64,000 bases of DNA, from assembly GCA_951406725.2 (NCBI GenBank), contig OX597818.1, forward strand, positions 65,224,001-65,288,000. Direction: 5' to 3'. The notes under the pieces were generated by a model. That model saw only the letters and a list, made by a program, of their open reading frames with translations, had not been told where the DNA came from and did no database searches. Within the stretch, counting starts at the first letter, position 1; each line of letters starts with the position of its first letter. Both the position numbers and the translations under genes were made by a program. Shown in pieces: positions 37,966 to 52,276 of this stretch. This DNA comes from Octopus vulgaris (lineage: Eukaryota).

Positions 37966-39379
37966 CATATGTATGTATATATATACACAATATATATACA
38001 TGCATGTATATATGTCTGCATGCTTGTTTTTGCTTGAAGAGAAAGATGCTACCAGCTATCCGTTTGTGCTCCCACTACGGGCTGATCACCGAGTAAACAA
38101 GAATATACAGAACTCTCCAACAGAGGGTAGCCATTTATAATTTCTGCTACCGTTGGAATACAACATTCGATCTTAATAAATTTCGTACGTCCTCCTCTTA
38201 CTTCTCTGAAAGTGAAAGGAAAATTGCGACCATTGGAAACTCATAACATAAAGAGGCGGAGCTAATTACCGGCCGCGTTGCTTATTTGCTTGAAGCACCG
38301 AACTAACATATCTGACGAACACTCTTTGACTATGATTTATGGTTTGTAAATAATTGCAGATGCAAAGAACCGTATACATTGCTTTGTACATTATCACGCC
38401 TATGTAAAGCGTTTGAAATATGAAAGAACAGAGATTGTAATTAATAGGCATAATATAAGATCTGTGATTAAAGTGGTCAGATATTGAAATGTAATAAACA
38501 TGTTCCCGGCGGTAGTATTGTGCCGCACGGAACACAATTTTGAATAGCCGTGTAATGTATATTGTCGGGTATCGTGAATTCAAGACTTAGTCATTAGTCA
38601 GTTCCTTAGATTTCACACAAATACACATGTACGCATTTACATATACATACTCACACACGCATACATATATGAATATTTATGCGGCGAAAGTTTACTCTAG
38701 AGAGAATTTCTCTTTCTAGACAGCTGTATAAAGAAGAAAACATTGGGTTACAAATATTGGTCATTGGACCGTAAAACGACTTCTTTTACCGCGTCGTTAC
38801 TCTTCATCACACACGGAGAACGAAACCATCGTTCGAAACCCATTGAGAACTACTGTTCTTATATTCAGTCAGCAAATGGAACGTGTGAAGATGTACTCAA
38901 TCCTTTGTCATTCTGGAATTAATTAATTGCAGCAATGATTGTAATAGAGATCTGTACAAATCTCATTCATAGTGCAGTGGTGTTTTCACACCACTGCACG
39001 ATTTCTAAAACATTGTTTCTCTCCTGGGAAGATTTTCACAATTGAGGTCTTTGTATGACTGAGTGTAAAAGAACTTGTTAAAATTGCACACAACTAGATA
39101 TTAATCAGCGCTGCTTGATGTGTGCCTATAATTAACATATATGCAAGCAGCGACAGAATAAATACCAGGTTTAAGAATAAATTCTGGTAACGATTCATTT
39201 GACAAAAAGGTTTTTCAGGCGCTGCACCAGCATGGCCGCAATCTAATGACTGAAACATACATACATACATACATACATACATACATACATACATACATAC
39301 ATACATACATACATACATACATACATACATACATGCGTACGTACGTACATATATACGCACGCACGTACGTACGTATGTA

Positions 39380-39699
39380 TTCTCAAAAGCAAATACCTGC
39401 TCTGAACTAATGAGCAATCTGCAGTGGTTCTATCTAGATTACAAGTTCAGGTTTATACCTGTAATTATGGGGGCTCTGGTATATGTAACAGACTGCTTGA
39501 ATACCAATCTTGAGGGATTAGGTTTCTCAAAACAAGAAAGGAGAAAACTAATTCGAAGACTAGAGATCCAATCCATCACTGTAAACTGTAAAAGTCTGTA
39601 AAACTTTCCAGAAGTTTATCATTTGATCATACATACATACATATATACATATCCGTATACATACATATATATACACACAGACATATATACATATCCATA

Positions 39700-39783
<84 letters not shown>

Positions 39784-40095
39784 TATGTATGTATGTATGT
39801 ATATATATGATCTTGTCTACATATGTAGCTATGTGGATGAGAAAATAATGCATAAAACTTAACATACAAATCTGCACATATACATACATGCGTACACATA
39901 CATACATACATGCATACATACATGCATACAAACAAACATACATACATACATACATACATGCATACATAGAAAAATACCCTGTTGCTGAAGTTGTAATTCC
40001 AGTGAAGAAGCTTTGGATGTAGGCTAGAAACCGGTTCTTCCTCTATTGGCAAGGAATCCTGAAATAAAAGTGAATAACGAACCTTCATACATACA
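39380..40095 (+). mobile_element. Endonuclease-type LINE 3' end embedded in (CATA)n and split by microsatellite expansion
   Basis: NLQWFYLDYKFRFIPVIMGALVYVTDCLNTNLEGLGFSK...[15 protein letters not shown] (IP.I.GALG motif); putative 3' UTR at ~39968-40095 with aataaa and a cata tail. Confidence 0.65.
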
Positions 40096-40212
40096 TTCTT
40101 TAATTTATATACATTCAAATATATAATCTATTTAAAGAGATCTGTTGTGTAAGACAGGAAACAATGTATTCCACGCTGTTTACTGTTTGTGACGTCCTCT
40201 ACCCACATATGC

Positions 40213-40329
<117 letters not shown>

Positions 40330-40341
40330 ATATACATATAT

Positions 40342-40461
40342 GAGCAGGAGTGACTGTGTGGTAGAGTAGCATGCTTAACAACCACATCGACCTGGGTTCA
40401 GTCCCACTGCGTGGCACCTTGTGAAGGCGTTTTCTTCTATATCCTCGGGACGACCAAAGCC
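40342..40461 (+). mobile_element. SINE family A head
   Basis: gcaggagtgactgtgtggt...gggttcagtcccactgcgtggcacctt. Confidence 0.85.
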
Positions 40462-41027
40462 CACCATTACACCCTAAAATGTTAGTGGCCACTGTATAGT
40501 GGCCTGAGAAGGGAATTATTCCTTATTCATTTTTGTAACAAGGAAAAGCTGTAACAGTTACATTGTATTGCAAAGAAATTGATTGTATGCATGAGAACTT
40601 GAAAAAGAAGCAACCCAGACTTGTGAATAGAGATGGCTCAATTTTGCTCCACGACAATGAACGTCTTCACATTACTCAAGCTACGGTCGAAAAGTCGCAA
40701 AGCTGAATTATGAGATTTCGTAACATCATTCCTATTCCCCTGATATCTGTCCTACTGATCATCACTTATTTAAACGTTTTCAGATTTTAATAAGCAATAA
40801 AACATTCTTAAATAGAGAAGAGGTAAGTGAAACATTCGGAAAAAGTTTATCACAGCAAACTATGAATTTCTTTTTAAAGATGGAATATTTGACATAGAGA
40901 AACGTTGGATAAAACTTCGTAAATGAAAATGGATCATACTTTGATTAAATAAATCAGGTCTCCAACACTTCTGAAATATTTTATTCTTACCTTTCAAATA
41001 AGACATTTCATGTGAAACAACTTAATA
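40457..41027 (+). mobile_element. mariner transposon, 3' half with TIR
   Basis: KPPLHPK...LLHDNERLH...HHSYSPDICPTDHHLFK...NGSYFD*; ends aaacaacttaa-TA. Confidence 0.9.
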
Positions 41028-41037
41028 TTTATGTGTG

Positions 41038-41069
<32 letters not shown>

Positions 41070-41074
41070 CATAC

Positions 41075-41161
<87 letters not shown>

Positions 41162-41815
41162 GTAACAAAAATGTTTTCTTCAAGTTCATTCCTAGCTAGT
41201 TAACCGTGCATTTATTTTGTATGTCTGTACAATTTCTTTCTAATTTTTAAATAAATTGTTCTGCTTCATTTTTTTCTTCCAGTTTAACCTCAGATCGTCT
41301 CCAAGCAGCTAGAAGTACTACATTACTTTCGATTGATTATACAAAGGAAACCAGATACCAATAGCGTTGAGACTAAATGAAAGAACTTGCTGAAAAGAAA
41401 TCCGGCAGGTACATAGAATTGGAGCGTATGCGTAAACATTACGAAGTTCGTGAATATTTTGCATTTATTTAAATTTTGCATTGTATTGAAGTTATCTCTG
41501 ATTCTAGGACAAGATTTTAATTGTTGTAGTTCGTTCGAAATCGCAGCCTACGATGTTGATGCAGTAAAAGAAACAAAGAAATATCAATTCTCATTCTTCT
41601 ATGTATGTAAGTATGTATGTATGTATGTATGTATGTAAGTATGTATGTATGTATGTATGTATGTATGTATGTATGTTTGTGTATGTATAAACGGATATGT
41701 ATGCATACATCTGTGAATAATGTTAGTTAGGTGATTATACCTGTGTATGAGTGTGTGCCTTTCTGTATGCGCACGTGTACCTAAAAGCATACGTAAACAC
41801 GAAAGTATACACATA

Positions 41816-42638
41816 TCGTGAGAACATCAAAAAGATCCTGGTCTAGTAATGTAACGCGCCAACATATGGCAGCACACGTTTGCGTGCGCAGTTAGAGATA
41901 GCAGGGACACTTATGAGGCAGTGTACTTAATGACATTGCTGGGTTTACTTTGCAAGTTGAGGAATTTGTGTTTCTGTTACTATGTTCAGAAACAAAGAGC
42001 CAATGTGAAATTCTGCGTTCAAGAGACATTGATCTTGCCTTGGCAAGCTTACGGTGGCGAAGGAATGGGTTGTGCACAATGTTTCGAGTGGCACGGCCAC
42101 TTCAAAACATAAGAAGTTCCCTGGAAGACAAAGAATGATCTGTAAAACCTACCACGTACCTCAACCCCGGAGATGTGGTATTGTGAATCCAGAATCTGTC
42201 CCCCAGGGCCAGACCATCAACTCAGAGTTCTGCTGCTTCGTTTTGAGGCGTTCGGGGGAGGACATGCGGCAAAAGTGACCGGGTGTTCGGAGCGCGAGTA
42301 GGGAATTCTTCAGGACGACAGTGCAATCTGTTACTGACGTCTTCTAAGACGTGAGTTTTCCGACAAAAACAACAATCGTATCGTTTTCGTCAGATTTTGC
42401 ACCGGCGGACTTTCATTACTTTTACAAGATGTAAAACCGTTGTTAAGATCCAGAGCGAATCGCAGAAGGTCTTCGATTCGCTTACGGAAAACGACGTCCT
42501 GGCCGGATTGCAAAGTGGCAGGAGAGCTGGAACCGGTGTATTGTTGCGCACGGTGACTATTTTGAAAGAGATGTTGTTAAAACTTAGGTAAAACTTAGGT
42601 AAACATAATTAGTCCAGGAAACTTTTGAAACCCACTCG
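41816..42638 (+). mobile_element. Internally deleted mariner with both TIRs
   Basis: Left cgtgagaacatcaaaaagatcctggtcta versus right tagtccaggaaacttttgaaacccactcg-TA; QRANVKFC...QAYG..GMG..QCFEWH..FK; GIV..E.VPQGQTINSEF. Confidence 0.85.
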
Positions 42639-42702
42639 TACTTTATTATTATCATTATTATTATTATGATGATTATGATTATTATTATCATCATTATTAT
42701 TG

Positions 42703-42790
<88 letters not shown>

Positions 42791-42807
42791 CATTCCATTT
42801 CGCCTAC

Positions 42808-43230
42808 GCAGTGAGCTAGCAGAATCATTAGTACGCAAACGAAATGATGAGTGACATTCCGTCAGTTTTTATGTTCTGAGTTCAAATTCTGAAGAGGTCG
42901 GCTTTGCCGTTTATTCATTCAGGGTCGATAAATTATGTACCAGTTCAGTACTATGGTCGATGTAATCGACTTCTCCCCTGCACCGAAATTGGTGGCTTTG
43001 TGCTAAAATTTGAAGTCGTTATCATTATTCCTTTTGGCAAGGCCTGGCTCAATCGTTTGCACGCTTGACAAAATGTTTAACAGAATTTTGTCTACGTTTG
43101 GGCTCAAAGTTCAAACTTCAAATTGTTGCTTGACGGACTTTGCCTTTCGGGGTCTATGAAATAGATACAAGGTAAGCTCTCGGTTGAAATCCACTTGAAT
43201 CCTCTACCGATATTTCAGGTCTTGAGCCTA
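42808..43230 (+). mobile_element. Two tandem SINE family B copies after (ATT)n
   Basis: gagctagcagaatc...gttctgagttcaaattc...gggtcgataaa; the second copy is more degraded. Confidence 0.75.
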
Positions 43231-43529
43231 CAGTCAGAAGAGCGAATTATTTATTTTTTCGTTTCACCCAATTGTTCATAGAATACTGTATCAAACATTT
43301 GGTACTGCTTTAGCGTGCGGTTTTCCAGGACACGCAGTCTCACTTAACTTTCACTTTTAGGCTGGCTGGCAACCTCCACTGCAAGAACGGAACACTGCAT
43401 GATGATAAAAGCATTCTGAATAAAGTTGGAAACTAATTATTAATGAAATACAATTAGTAATCCAAATCATAATCCTAAAAATGCTAAATAGGGTTTTAAT
43501 GGTATCTGCGTCGTAAGAAATTTATCTCC

Positions 43530-43890
43530 CGACTACATGCGTCCGGGTTCAGTCCCACAGCGTACAACCGGGAGCAAGTGTCATCTACTATAACCTCGGT
43601 CGACGAACCCTTAAAATGGGATTTGTTTGATGGAAAGTAATGTGCGACTGTGTGTGCGCGTGTGTGTTGTAATTGTGTGTGCGTATATATGCGTGTGTGT
43701 GCATGCGTTTGCGTGTGTGTGCGTGTGTGTGTGTTTCCGAGTGGTTTATGCTTTTGTATGCCCACCAGTTCTTGTTTAAGTTCTCATAACATAGCGGTTC
43801 GGCAAAGGTCAATTTATTCGACTAAATTACTTTGAAGGTGGCGCCCTAACATGGCCGCTCCATAAAGACTGAATCAAGTAGAAGATAAAA
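43530..43890 (+). mobile_element. Degraded SINE family A
   Basis: cgggttcagtcccac...tagcggttcggcaaa...catggccgc. Confidence 0.7.
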
Positions 43891-43938
43891 GAAACATATA
43901 TTCTTTTTATTAATTATGATAGGCGATCTGTCCCCACA

Positions 43939-44122
43939 AATCCAGGTAAAAAAGCCACAGGAAAAAATACCTCGGGAAAAAAGAAACAGGAAAAATGTCA
44001 CAGGCGGTTCGTACGGGTGGGGTTGTTCGAGGGGGTTTTGTCCAGATCTCATATATTAATTGTGACTTGTTCCTTGGCCAAAATTGTGAATTTATTACTG
44101 TGACTTTATTACCGGTCACCGT
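43939..44122. mobile_element. Non-autonomous DNA element (MITE) with 8-bp TSD, copy 1
   Basis: tccccaca is duplicated at 43931-43938 and 44123-44130; inverted homologue of 48584-48805. Confidence 0.7.
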
Positions 44123-44743
44123 TCCCCACACCCCTAGGCACCTATAAAAGTTCTATATCATACAAAAATACTTTCCGTTTGTAGTCACTGCTGTATTTAT
44201 GGGCTTTTATATTACGAAAAAGAATAAAAAAGCAACTGTTCTAAAATTTGGCGCAAACTCAGACTGATGTGTGATACGTTATTACTGCCTGAATAATTAG
44301 AAAAAAAAAAGAAAAAGAAAAATAGGCTTTATTTCCGAACACAGCGTGATATTTGACACATTTTCGAAAACAACGAATCACAGGCCTATTTTCCACCATT
44401 TTTATCACGCTTTTGCTCTTTCCTTATTCGACAATATACAATTGCAAGGCTCTGCTGTGGTTATTAACTGGATTGATTTTCTATAAAAATGCAAATGCTG
44501 TTTCTCCTCTCAGAATGAATTATAAATAAAATGCGTTGCACTGGCGTTCTCAGCTGCAGCTGCAAAAGAAGATTGATAGAAGCGTCAGAGTATGCGTCGT
44601 TTTATAAGGACCGCTCATGAGCATTCGCAATAGAAAGGGTGAACTTAAAGGTAACTCGGAAAGTTACAATATAAAATGTCGTCTTAGTACACAGATCAGG
44701 GCTTTTCTTTGCCCAGCTTACCGATTTTGTTGTAGAACGTACC

Positions 44744-45103
44744 AACGAGAGCACTCAAAGAGCGCAAACCTCCGCAAGGCAACACCAACGTCTTCTCAAT
44801 GATTAACCGGAGATGATTTTAAAAATGAGAATATCTAAAATAAACTCGATTACTTTCATGAACGAGAATACTAAAATGAACCCGACCGTTCTCAAAAATT
44901 AAGTAAAAAAAAACCCAAACAAACAGGAGAAATAATCCAGAATCCTTTCCGGTACCAGATAGATCCCAAAATCTAAGCATTTCATGCCAGTTACGAGGCC
45001 AAACATCCGAATCCATCCAACGGTTCCTGAGATATCTTGTCCACGGACAAACAAACGGACAAACCCGATTGAAAATATCTCTGGCTTCGATAAGGCAGAG
45101 GTA
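44744..45103. mobile_element. HINE/DINE-like element, copy 2
   Basis: Colinear with 15707-16067 from end to end. Confidence 0.7.
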
Positions 45104-45124
45104 AGTAATATTTCATTTCTGCTG

Positions 45125-45339
45125 CAGGCGATGACTTGACCGGCAGTCGTTACCGTGTCAGGACAAATGCTTAATGGCATATCGTTCGACTTTACGTTCT
45201 GAGTTCAAATTCCGTCGAGGTTGACAAATGCCTTTCATCCTTTCGTTGTTGATAAAATAATTACCTGTTGAAAACAGGTCCAATGTAATCGACTTACTTC
45301 ATCCTCCAAAATTGCAGCCCTTGTGGTAACATTTGAAAC
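45125..45339 (+). mobile_element. SINE family B
   Basis: tttacgttctgagttcaaattccgtcgaggttgac...gcctttcatcctttcg. Confidence 0.8.
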
Positions 45340-46077
45340 AAATATTTCATTTCAGTTCTGATTTAATTTGTTTTGTCTGTAAAATGGATATAATTTCGTA
45401 ATTTTGTAGCTAACTTTATAATTCATTTCTAAAATCTTATTCTTCTTTTTTTTTTTTAAATATTAATCTTCATTTTGGTGTCTCATTCTATTTCCTCTCT
45501 ATTTCTCCAGATTCTATTTCTTCACCTCCTTCCACATCACCAACTTCCCATCGTCGCCCTCTCTCCCCCTCTCCCCTCTCTCTCCTCTGCCCCTCTCCCC
45601 TCTGCCCTTCTCTCCCCCTCCTCCTCTGTCCATCACTCTCCCTCTGTCTCTCACTATTTCTCTCTTTAACACTGCCTCTCTCACTTTCTATAAAATACCA
45701 AAATTTTAAAAACAGAAATATTCCAATGACATTAAATTTCGAACCGAAAATTGTTATACTTAAGCGAACGAGCGCATAAGACAAATGAAAACACTCACAA
45801 CTAGACGGTGCTAATACTCATAGAACCATATACACACACAAACGTACATACATACATACATGCATACACTCATACTGACGCATGTGCATCCCCAAACACA
45901 CACACATGTATGCACACATGTTTCCACGGAAGTGTACGTACGTGGGTGCGCCACAAATAATGTCTATGCATGAAAGTATGTATGTGTTTCCGTTATCTTG
46001 TGTATATTTGCGTGTATGTATTTATGTACGTATGTGTTAGTATTCATACGTACACACACACAGACACACACATATAC

Positions 46078-46115
<38 letters not shown>

Positions 46116-46424
46116 AGAGAGAGATGTTTGTGGTATATGTGTGTAAGTGTGTATATGTATGTGTGTAGATGTGGAGGGCGTGTAAGTATTTTTGTAAAGG
46201 ATATTTAACGAAATGTAGAACAGCTTATCTGTTCAGTCTGTTTTAACCAATAAAACTTCGTCAGTAGCAGCTCCATAGATAATGTTATGTATTATGTATG
46301 TTTTTGGGCATCTATAGAAATACTTATGTATAGAAAATGTTTTATAATCTGCTGTATCGAAGATTGAAAAGAACCAGATACGTTCGTACCTACTTACACA
46401 ACTTCTCAAAACACGCTTAAACAT

Positions 46425-46950
<526 letters not shown>

Positions 46951-47306
46951 AATATGTGTGTGTCTGTGTGTATGTATAGGCAGACAGACATGCACACGTA
47001 TATATTATATGTAGAAATAGGTGTACACACAAAGACATATGCATGTGTGTATGTTTATCTATTGTGGTTTTTTTCTGTGCTTTGAGTAGATTCAATGATC
47101 ATTTCAGTAAAAGATAAAAACAAAATGTTTTTATTCCAAAGTCTTTCTTTTTCTTCTCCCTTTATCTCTCTCCATCCACCCCCCGCCCCCGTTCATGTCT
47201 CTGCCCACCTTAGACACGTATTGAAATTGATACTTTGATAGATATCGAAATATATGTATATGTAAAACAGATGTGCATCCATAGACATACATATATGTGT
47301 ATGTAT

Positions 47307-47366
<60 letters not shown>

Positions 47367-47461
47367 ATGTATATACATAAATACGCATATATATTCATAT
47401 ATATGTTTAAATATATATATATATATATTGATATATTTATATGTATATATATATATATGTC

Positions 47462-47504
<43 letters not shown>

Positions 47505-47926
47505 ATATATTCATATGTATATATACGTGTGCATATGTGTGTATACATATATTTTATATATACATATAGACACATACCTACATATACATGCACACATATA
47601 TATGTTTGTGTGTGTGTGTGTGTGTGTGTATGTGTGTTCTTGTTCGATTGTATTCAGACATCAGTACAAAGTTAGTAGAATAAGAAGAATGCGTTGGTGA
47701 TTCATAGTCATTTGCTTTCGTAGAAATACACAAAAACGAGATATAATAATGAGAACAGAGATTACTCTTTTGTTGTCGACTGAATGCATTTTATTATTTA
47801 AGTTATTTAAAAAAAAAACAAGACTTTAAAAAATGCACCGCTTTTACTAATAGACAATGCAACAGATACTAAATGTAATACAATAAGGTTTTTTTTTTCT
47901 ACACAAACCGTAAGGTAGAGTGAATG

Positions 47927-47976
<50 letters not shown>

Positions 47977-48282
47977 GCTTTCTACGCTCTGGATTGTAGT
48001 GTTTGTATTTCTTGTTTCCATTTTGTACTGTCCAGTAAAAATAAAATGTGTACATATAATATATTTATGTTTATTAAGGCAATGTTTTACCTCTTATGGT
48101 AAAGACTGGTCTATTAATGGTGAATAAAGCTATATTCAATCTTAACCTTGATTTTCAATGAGTTTCAGTAAAAGCGAAATATAGCAGAGATCTTGGTGTA
48201 GTTTGAGAGAACTTCGAGTAATTTGATTTATAGGAAGAATAGTATGTTATCTGAAAAAGAAACTTTACAGACGTGCAAGTTC

Positions 48283-48915
48283 TTTTAGACTTGTTTCATT
48301 CGTCAGACTGCGGCCATGCTGGAACAGGGTATTGATGTATGAATCGATCTCAGAGTGGTACTTTGGGGCTCTTTTGATGAACTCCCAAAATACAGGCACG
48401 TAAACACACCAACGTGAGTTTCTGAGCGCTAGACACGATGGACCTGGAAACAGAAGAATGCACGCAACAGCACACATACGTGCACACACACGTGAACATA
48501 CACACAGAGACGCCCACTCACATGCACATATGAGCGAAGTCTTCCACTTCTCGTCAACCACATCAACTCCGTGCGCTTTCGTCCATGTCCGTTAATAAAG
48601 TCATAGGAAAAAAAGTCGCAATTAAATTATGGCGGCCATTAATAAAATCACAGGGAAAAAGTTACAAGTAAATTTATCGGATTCAGACAAAATCCACATA
48701 GGACAAACACCCCTCGGACCTCTCCCTGGACAAAACCCCTGTGTCTTTTTTCAGAGGCAATTTTCCGGTACTTTGTTTTACCTGTGTCACTTTTTACCTG
48801 GATTCCTTTCGTCGGCCCGAAGCTAGATTGCAATAGACTTGTCCAAAGTGTCACGCAGTAGAACGGAATCCGGATTCATGAGCCTGGGAAACAAGCTTCT
48901 TTCCACATAATCCTG
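48283..48915 (-). mobile_element. Old SINE family A copy interrupted by a MITE
   Basis: gactgcggccatgctgga...gtaaacacacca, resuming after the insert at gtcggcccga...gtgtcacgcagt. Confidence 0.7.
48584..48805. mobile_element. MITE with 8-bp TSD, copy 2 (nested in the SINE)
   Basis: ctttcgtc is duplicated at 48576-48583 and 48806-48813; internal ggacaaa-cccc repeats. Confidence 0.75.
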
Positions 48916-49263
48916 CTAGGCAACCCCACAAACACAAATCACACAAATACTGGTTAACTTCATAATAAACCAAAACTACAATATTAACCTAGGAGAGATT
49001 TAAGGAATATATGAAAAAGCAATTGCGAGAACGCAACGAAAGTGCATTCACAAGAGATCCAGAATTAATTTGTGCTATGACAGTACACTGTGTGTATCAC
49101 CGTGTATTGAGTCCTCATTAAAACTATCGTCACCCCAGACATAGACTTGATGTATTCAACCTGCATACAGATAATCACACACAAACATACACAATGATGA
49201 TGATAACAACAACATCAACAACAATAATAATGATACTAATAATAATAATGATAATAATAATGA

Positions 49264-49373
<110 letters not shown>

Positions 49374-49376
49374 ATG

Positions 49377-49406
<30 letters not shown>

Positions 49407-49408
<2 letters not shown>

Positions 49409-49645
49409 CATAATAGTATTAGGCATGATAAAAAAATATTCAGATAAATACATAAAAACACCAGGACTTACAAACACATATAACATACAGAAAATTGCAC
49501 TACTAGGCACTGCACACATCCTACGCAGAACACTTTCCATACAATAACCATCAGAGCATCACAACAAATCACAGCACATACCCAAGGCACACAGAGCTGT
49601 GCTCGGTAGTGAAGAGAAAGCACACTATAACACTTAAACTACTGA
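49407..49645 (+). mobile_element. R4/Dong-like LINE extreme 3' end inserted in (TAA)n
   Basis: IIVLGMIKKYSDKYIKTPGLTNTYNIQKIALLGTAHILRRTLSIQ* plus a short 3' UTR, flanked on both sides by (TAA)n. Confidence 0.85.
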
Positions 49646-49663
49646 ATAATAATAATAGTAATG

Positions 49664-49748
<85 letters not shown>

Positions 49749-49826
49749 TTATTATTATTATTATTATTATAGTAATAATAATAATATTAATTAACAGGTG
49801 ATGGATTGAGTATTAAAACTTTATTG

Positions 49827-49873
49827 GATACAACATATGTTTCAGCCCTTCAGTCTGGGCCTCATCAGGTACC
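49827..49873 (-). ncRNA. Putative minimal type-I hammerhead ribozyme
   Basis: Minus strand reads gguac-CUGAUGA-ggccc-agacugaa-gggcu-GAAAC-auau-GUU-guauc: complete core, 5-bp stem I, 5-bp stem II (G-U at 10.1/11.1) and palindromic stem III ACAUAUGU. Confidence 0.7.
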
Positions 49874-50974
49874 TCTACTAAGATATGTCTCAGTAGGTAT
49901 TTCTGACTTGAATTTTGAAACGCTGTTTTGCGGAGTATCTGCTTGTCAAAATCCCTTTATTTACAACAGCATTAAAATAAGGAATAATATTTTACCACGA
50001 AACCTTAAAAAATAGTTTTAAAAATTCATTTTTTCGCTGTCAAAATTTCAAAAAATCTTTCAAACTCCACCTTCTGCTGAACCAAACACATTTATAAACT
50101 TTATTTTATAGACCTACGGTGTTTATAACATTTGTAATATTTTACTTTTCTAGACTTAAAGAGAATCACTTTTTATATACGTTATTTATTTTTTTAATAA
50201 TTATTGACCTATTTATTTTTTTTTTTTTTACTTTTGTTTTGATCCCCTACTATCTGGTCCGATTCAGCAAAGCTGCCAAGGGGCTTAATCAGATTTTTGT
50301 GCAATTTCTGAAAAAGATTTTTTGTAATATTTCTTATTGTAATCAATATAAAATATTCGATGCAAATTGGATTAATAAATTTATTTATTTATTTATTATT
50401 GTAATTATTCTACTTATTTATTTTCGACTGAATATATATTGTTTACTTACAAATTTGAATTTTGGAAAATAAAAGGGTTTTTTTAACCAGGACTCCTATT
50501 TTTTATTAACGTGAAATTATAAGAAAAAATAAATTTAAGAGTTCGCTTTTATTTCTAGCGTATGAGGAGACCTTCGAGGTTTAACTTCTTGTACTGATTG
50601 AAAATCACGTAAAAAAGATTCTAGGATCGATACATTCGACTGAAAATTCATCAAGGCAGTGCCCCAGCGCGGCACTAGTCCAATGACTGAAGCAAGTAAA
50701 AAGATTTTTAGAAAATGCAAAAATGTCGAAGATTAACCATAAAATACAACCGAAGGGTGTTATAAAAATTTTCAAGAGATTTCGTTGTTATTTCTTGCAT
50801 GTGGCGAAACCTTTCTAGGCATAACTTCATACGCTAGTTGACAATCATTAAAAAAAGATCTGGAATCGATAAAGTCGACTAAATATTCCTGAAGGTTGTG
50901 CCCCATAATGGCCACAGTCTAATGACTAACAAATAAAAAGAAAAATACGAAATGATAACCGAAATATATAACCG

Positions 50975-51090
50975 CGTGGCGTTTGTCCAAGGCGCTTTTT
51001 CTCCACTGTCATACTTTAACTATGCGGCTTTTGTCCGAGAGGCTTTCGTCCTTGGGGCTTTTGTTATAGGGAGCTTTTATCCGGATCCCG
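50975..51090. repeat. Fragment with ggc-ttttgtcc subrepeats, related to the 8-bp-TSD MITE family
   Basis: Repeated ggc(g/t)tttgtcc units ending ttttatccggatccc. Confidence 0.5.
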
Positions 51091-51345
51091 CAGAATTAGA
51101 TTTATGTGTCGTCCTTCTGTGTGTGTGCATGTATATACTGTTCACATTCATTTTACAAGGAGATATTTCGAGTAACTTGACCAGTTTGCAGGACGTTTTC
51201 TGAGACAGATTTGCAGCATAACAGATACCACAAAATATTTTACTGGATGAATAAGGCTGGATGATATGATTTGTTATTAGTCTACAATGAAGCGCTTCAT
51301 TATACATAAGTGGGAGCGTATTAAAGAATGTGCGACCGTCTCTAT

Positions 51346-51417
<72 letters not shown>

Positions 51418-51748
51418 AAAGGCCCAATCATTTTCATTATCACAGTTGACTACGTACTAGTAAATGAATTTATTTTCAAAGTTTAGGACTAGCCAACTAT
51501 ACCTGTTATGGATGATTGGCTTCATACAACGAAACACGTATCTTGACGCATGATACAAACTTTCTTTGCATTTAGACTTCGTAGGACCAGGCAAACATCT
51601 AGGTGACGTAAACGGGAAAAATTACCTCAAGAAATTCCTTATAAATTGAACATCCTATTGTTTGCGATCGTCTCTTACATATATCCATACAGCAAAAAGG
51701 CAAAAATTGGATGAAGTTGATTAGAATGAAAAACATATTCCTGGACGA

Positions 51749-51952
51749 AAGGCGGTGATATGGCAGAAACATTAGTACGCCGAGCGAAACCCCTGGCGGT
51801 ATTTTGTGTGCCTTTACGTTCTTAGTTCAAATTCCGTTGAGGTCGAATTTGCCTTTCGGGGTCGATAACTTAAGTATCCGTTGAGTACTAGAGTCGATGT
51901 AATCAACTGGCCCCGTCTCCAAAAAGTTTGGGCCTTGTGCCTTAAAGTAGTA
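51749..51952 (+). mobile_element. SINE family B
   Basis: aaggcggtgatatggcagaaac...gttcaaattccgttgaggtcgaatttgcc. Confidence 0.8.
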
Positions 51953-52193
51953 AATCATATATACCTGAATGAATTCCTCCAAGGCGTTCCCCACCCCCAC
52001 ACACATACACAAAAGTTTATGGCAATGCATAAGTTTAATAGTAATGAAATATTTTTGATATGGCATACGCATTGATTATATACGGGTGGGTGTACGAAAA
52101 GACTTGAGCCTCAAAAAAAAAGCATGGCACAACACTTTAAGGCTCAAAGGCGTTGAAGACTCAAAACTTTTCATACACCCTCATATATATATA

Positions 52194-52236
<43 letters not shown>

Positions 52237-52276
52237 ATGTGTGTATACATATATATATATATATACATATACATAC

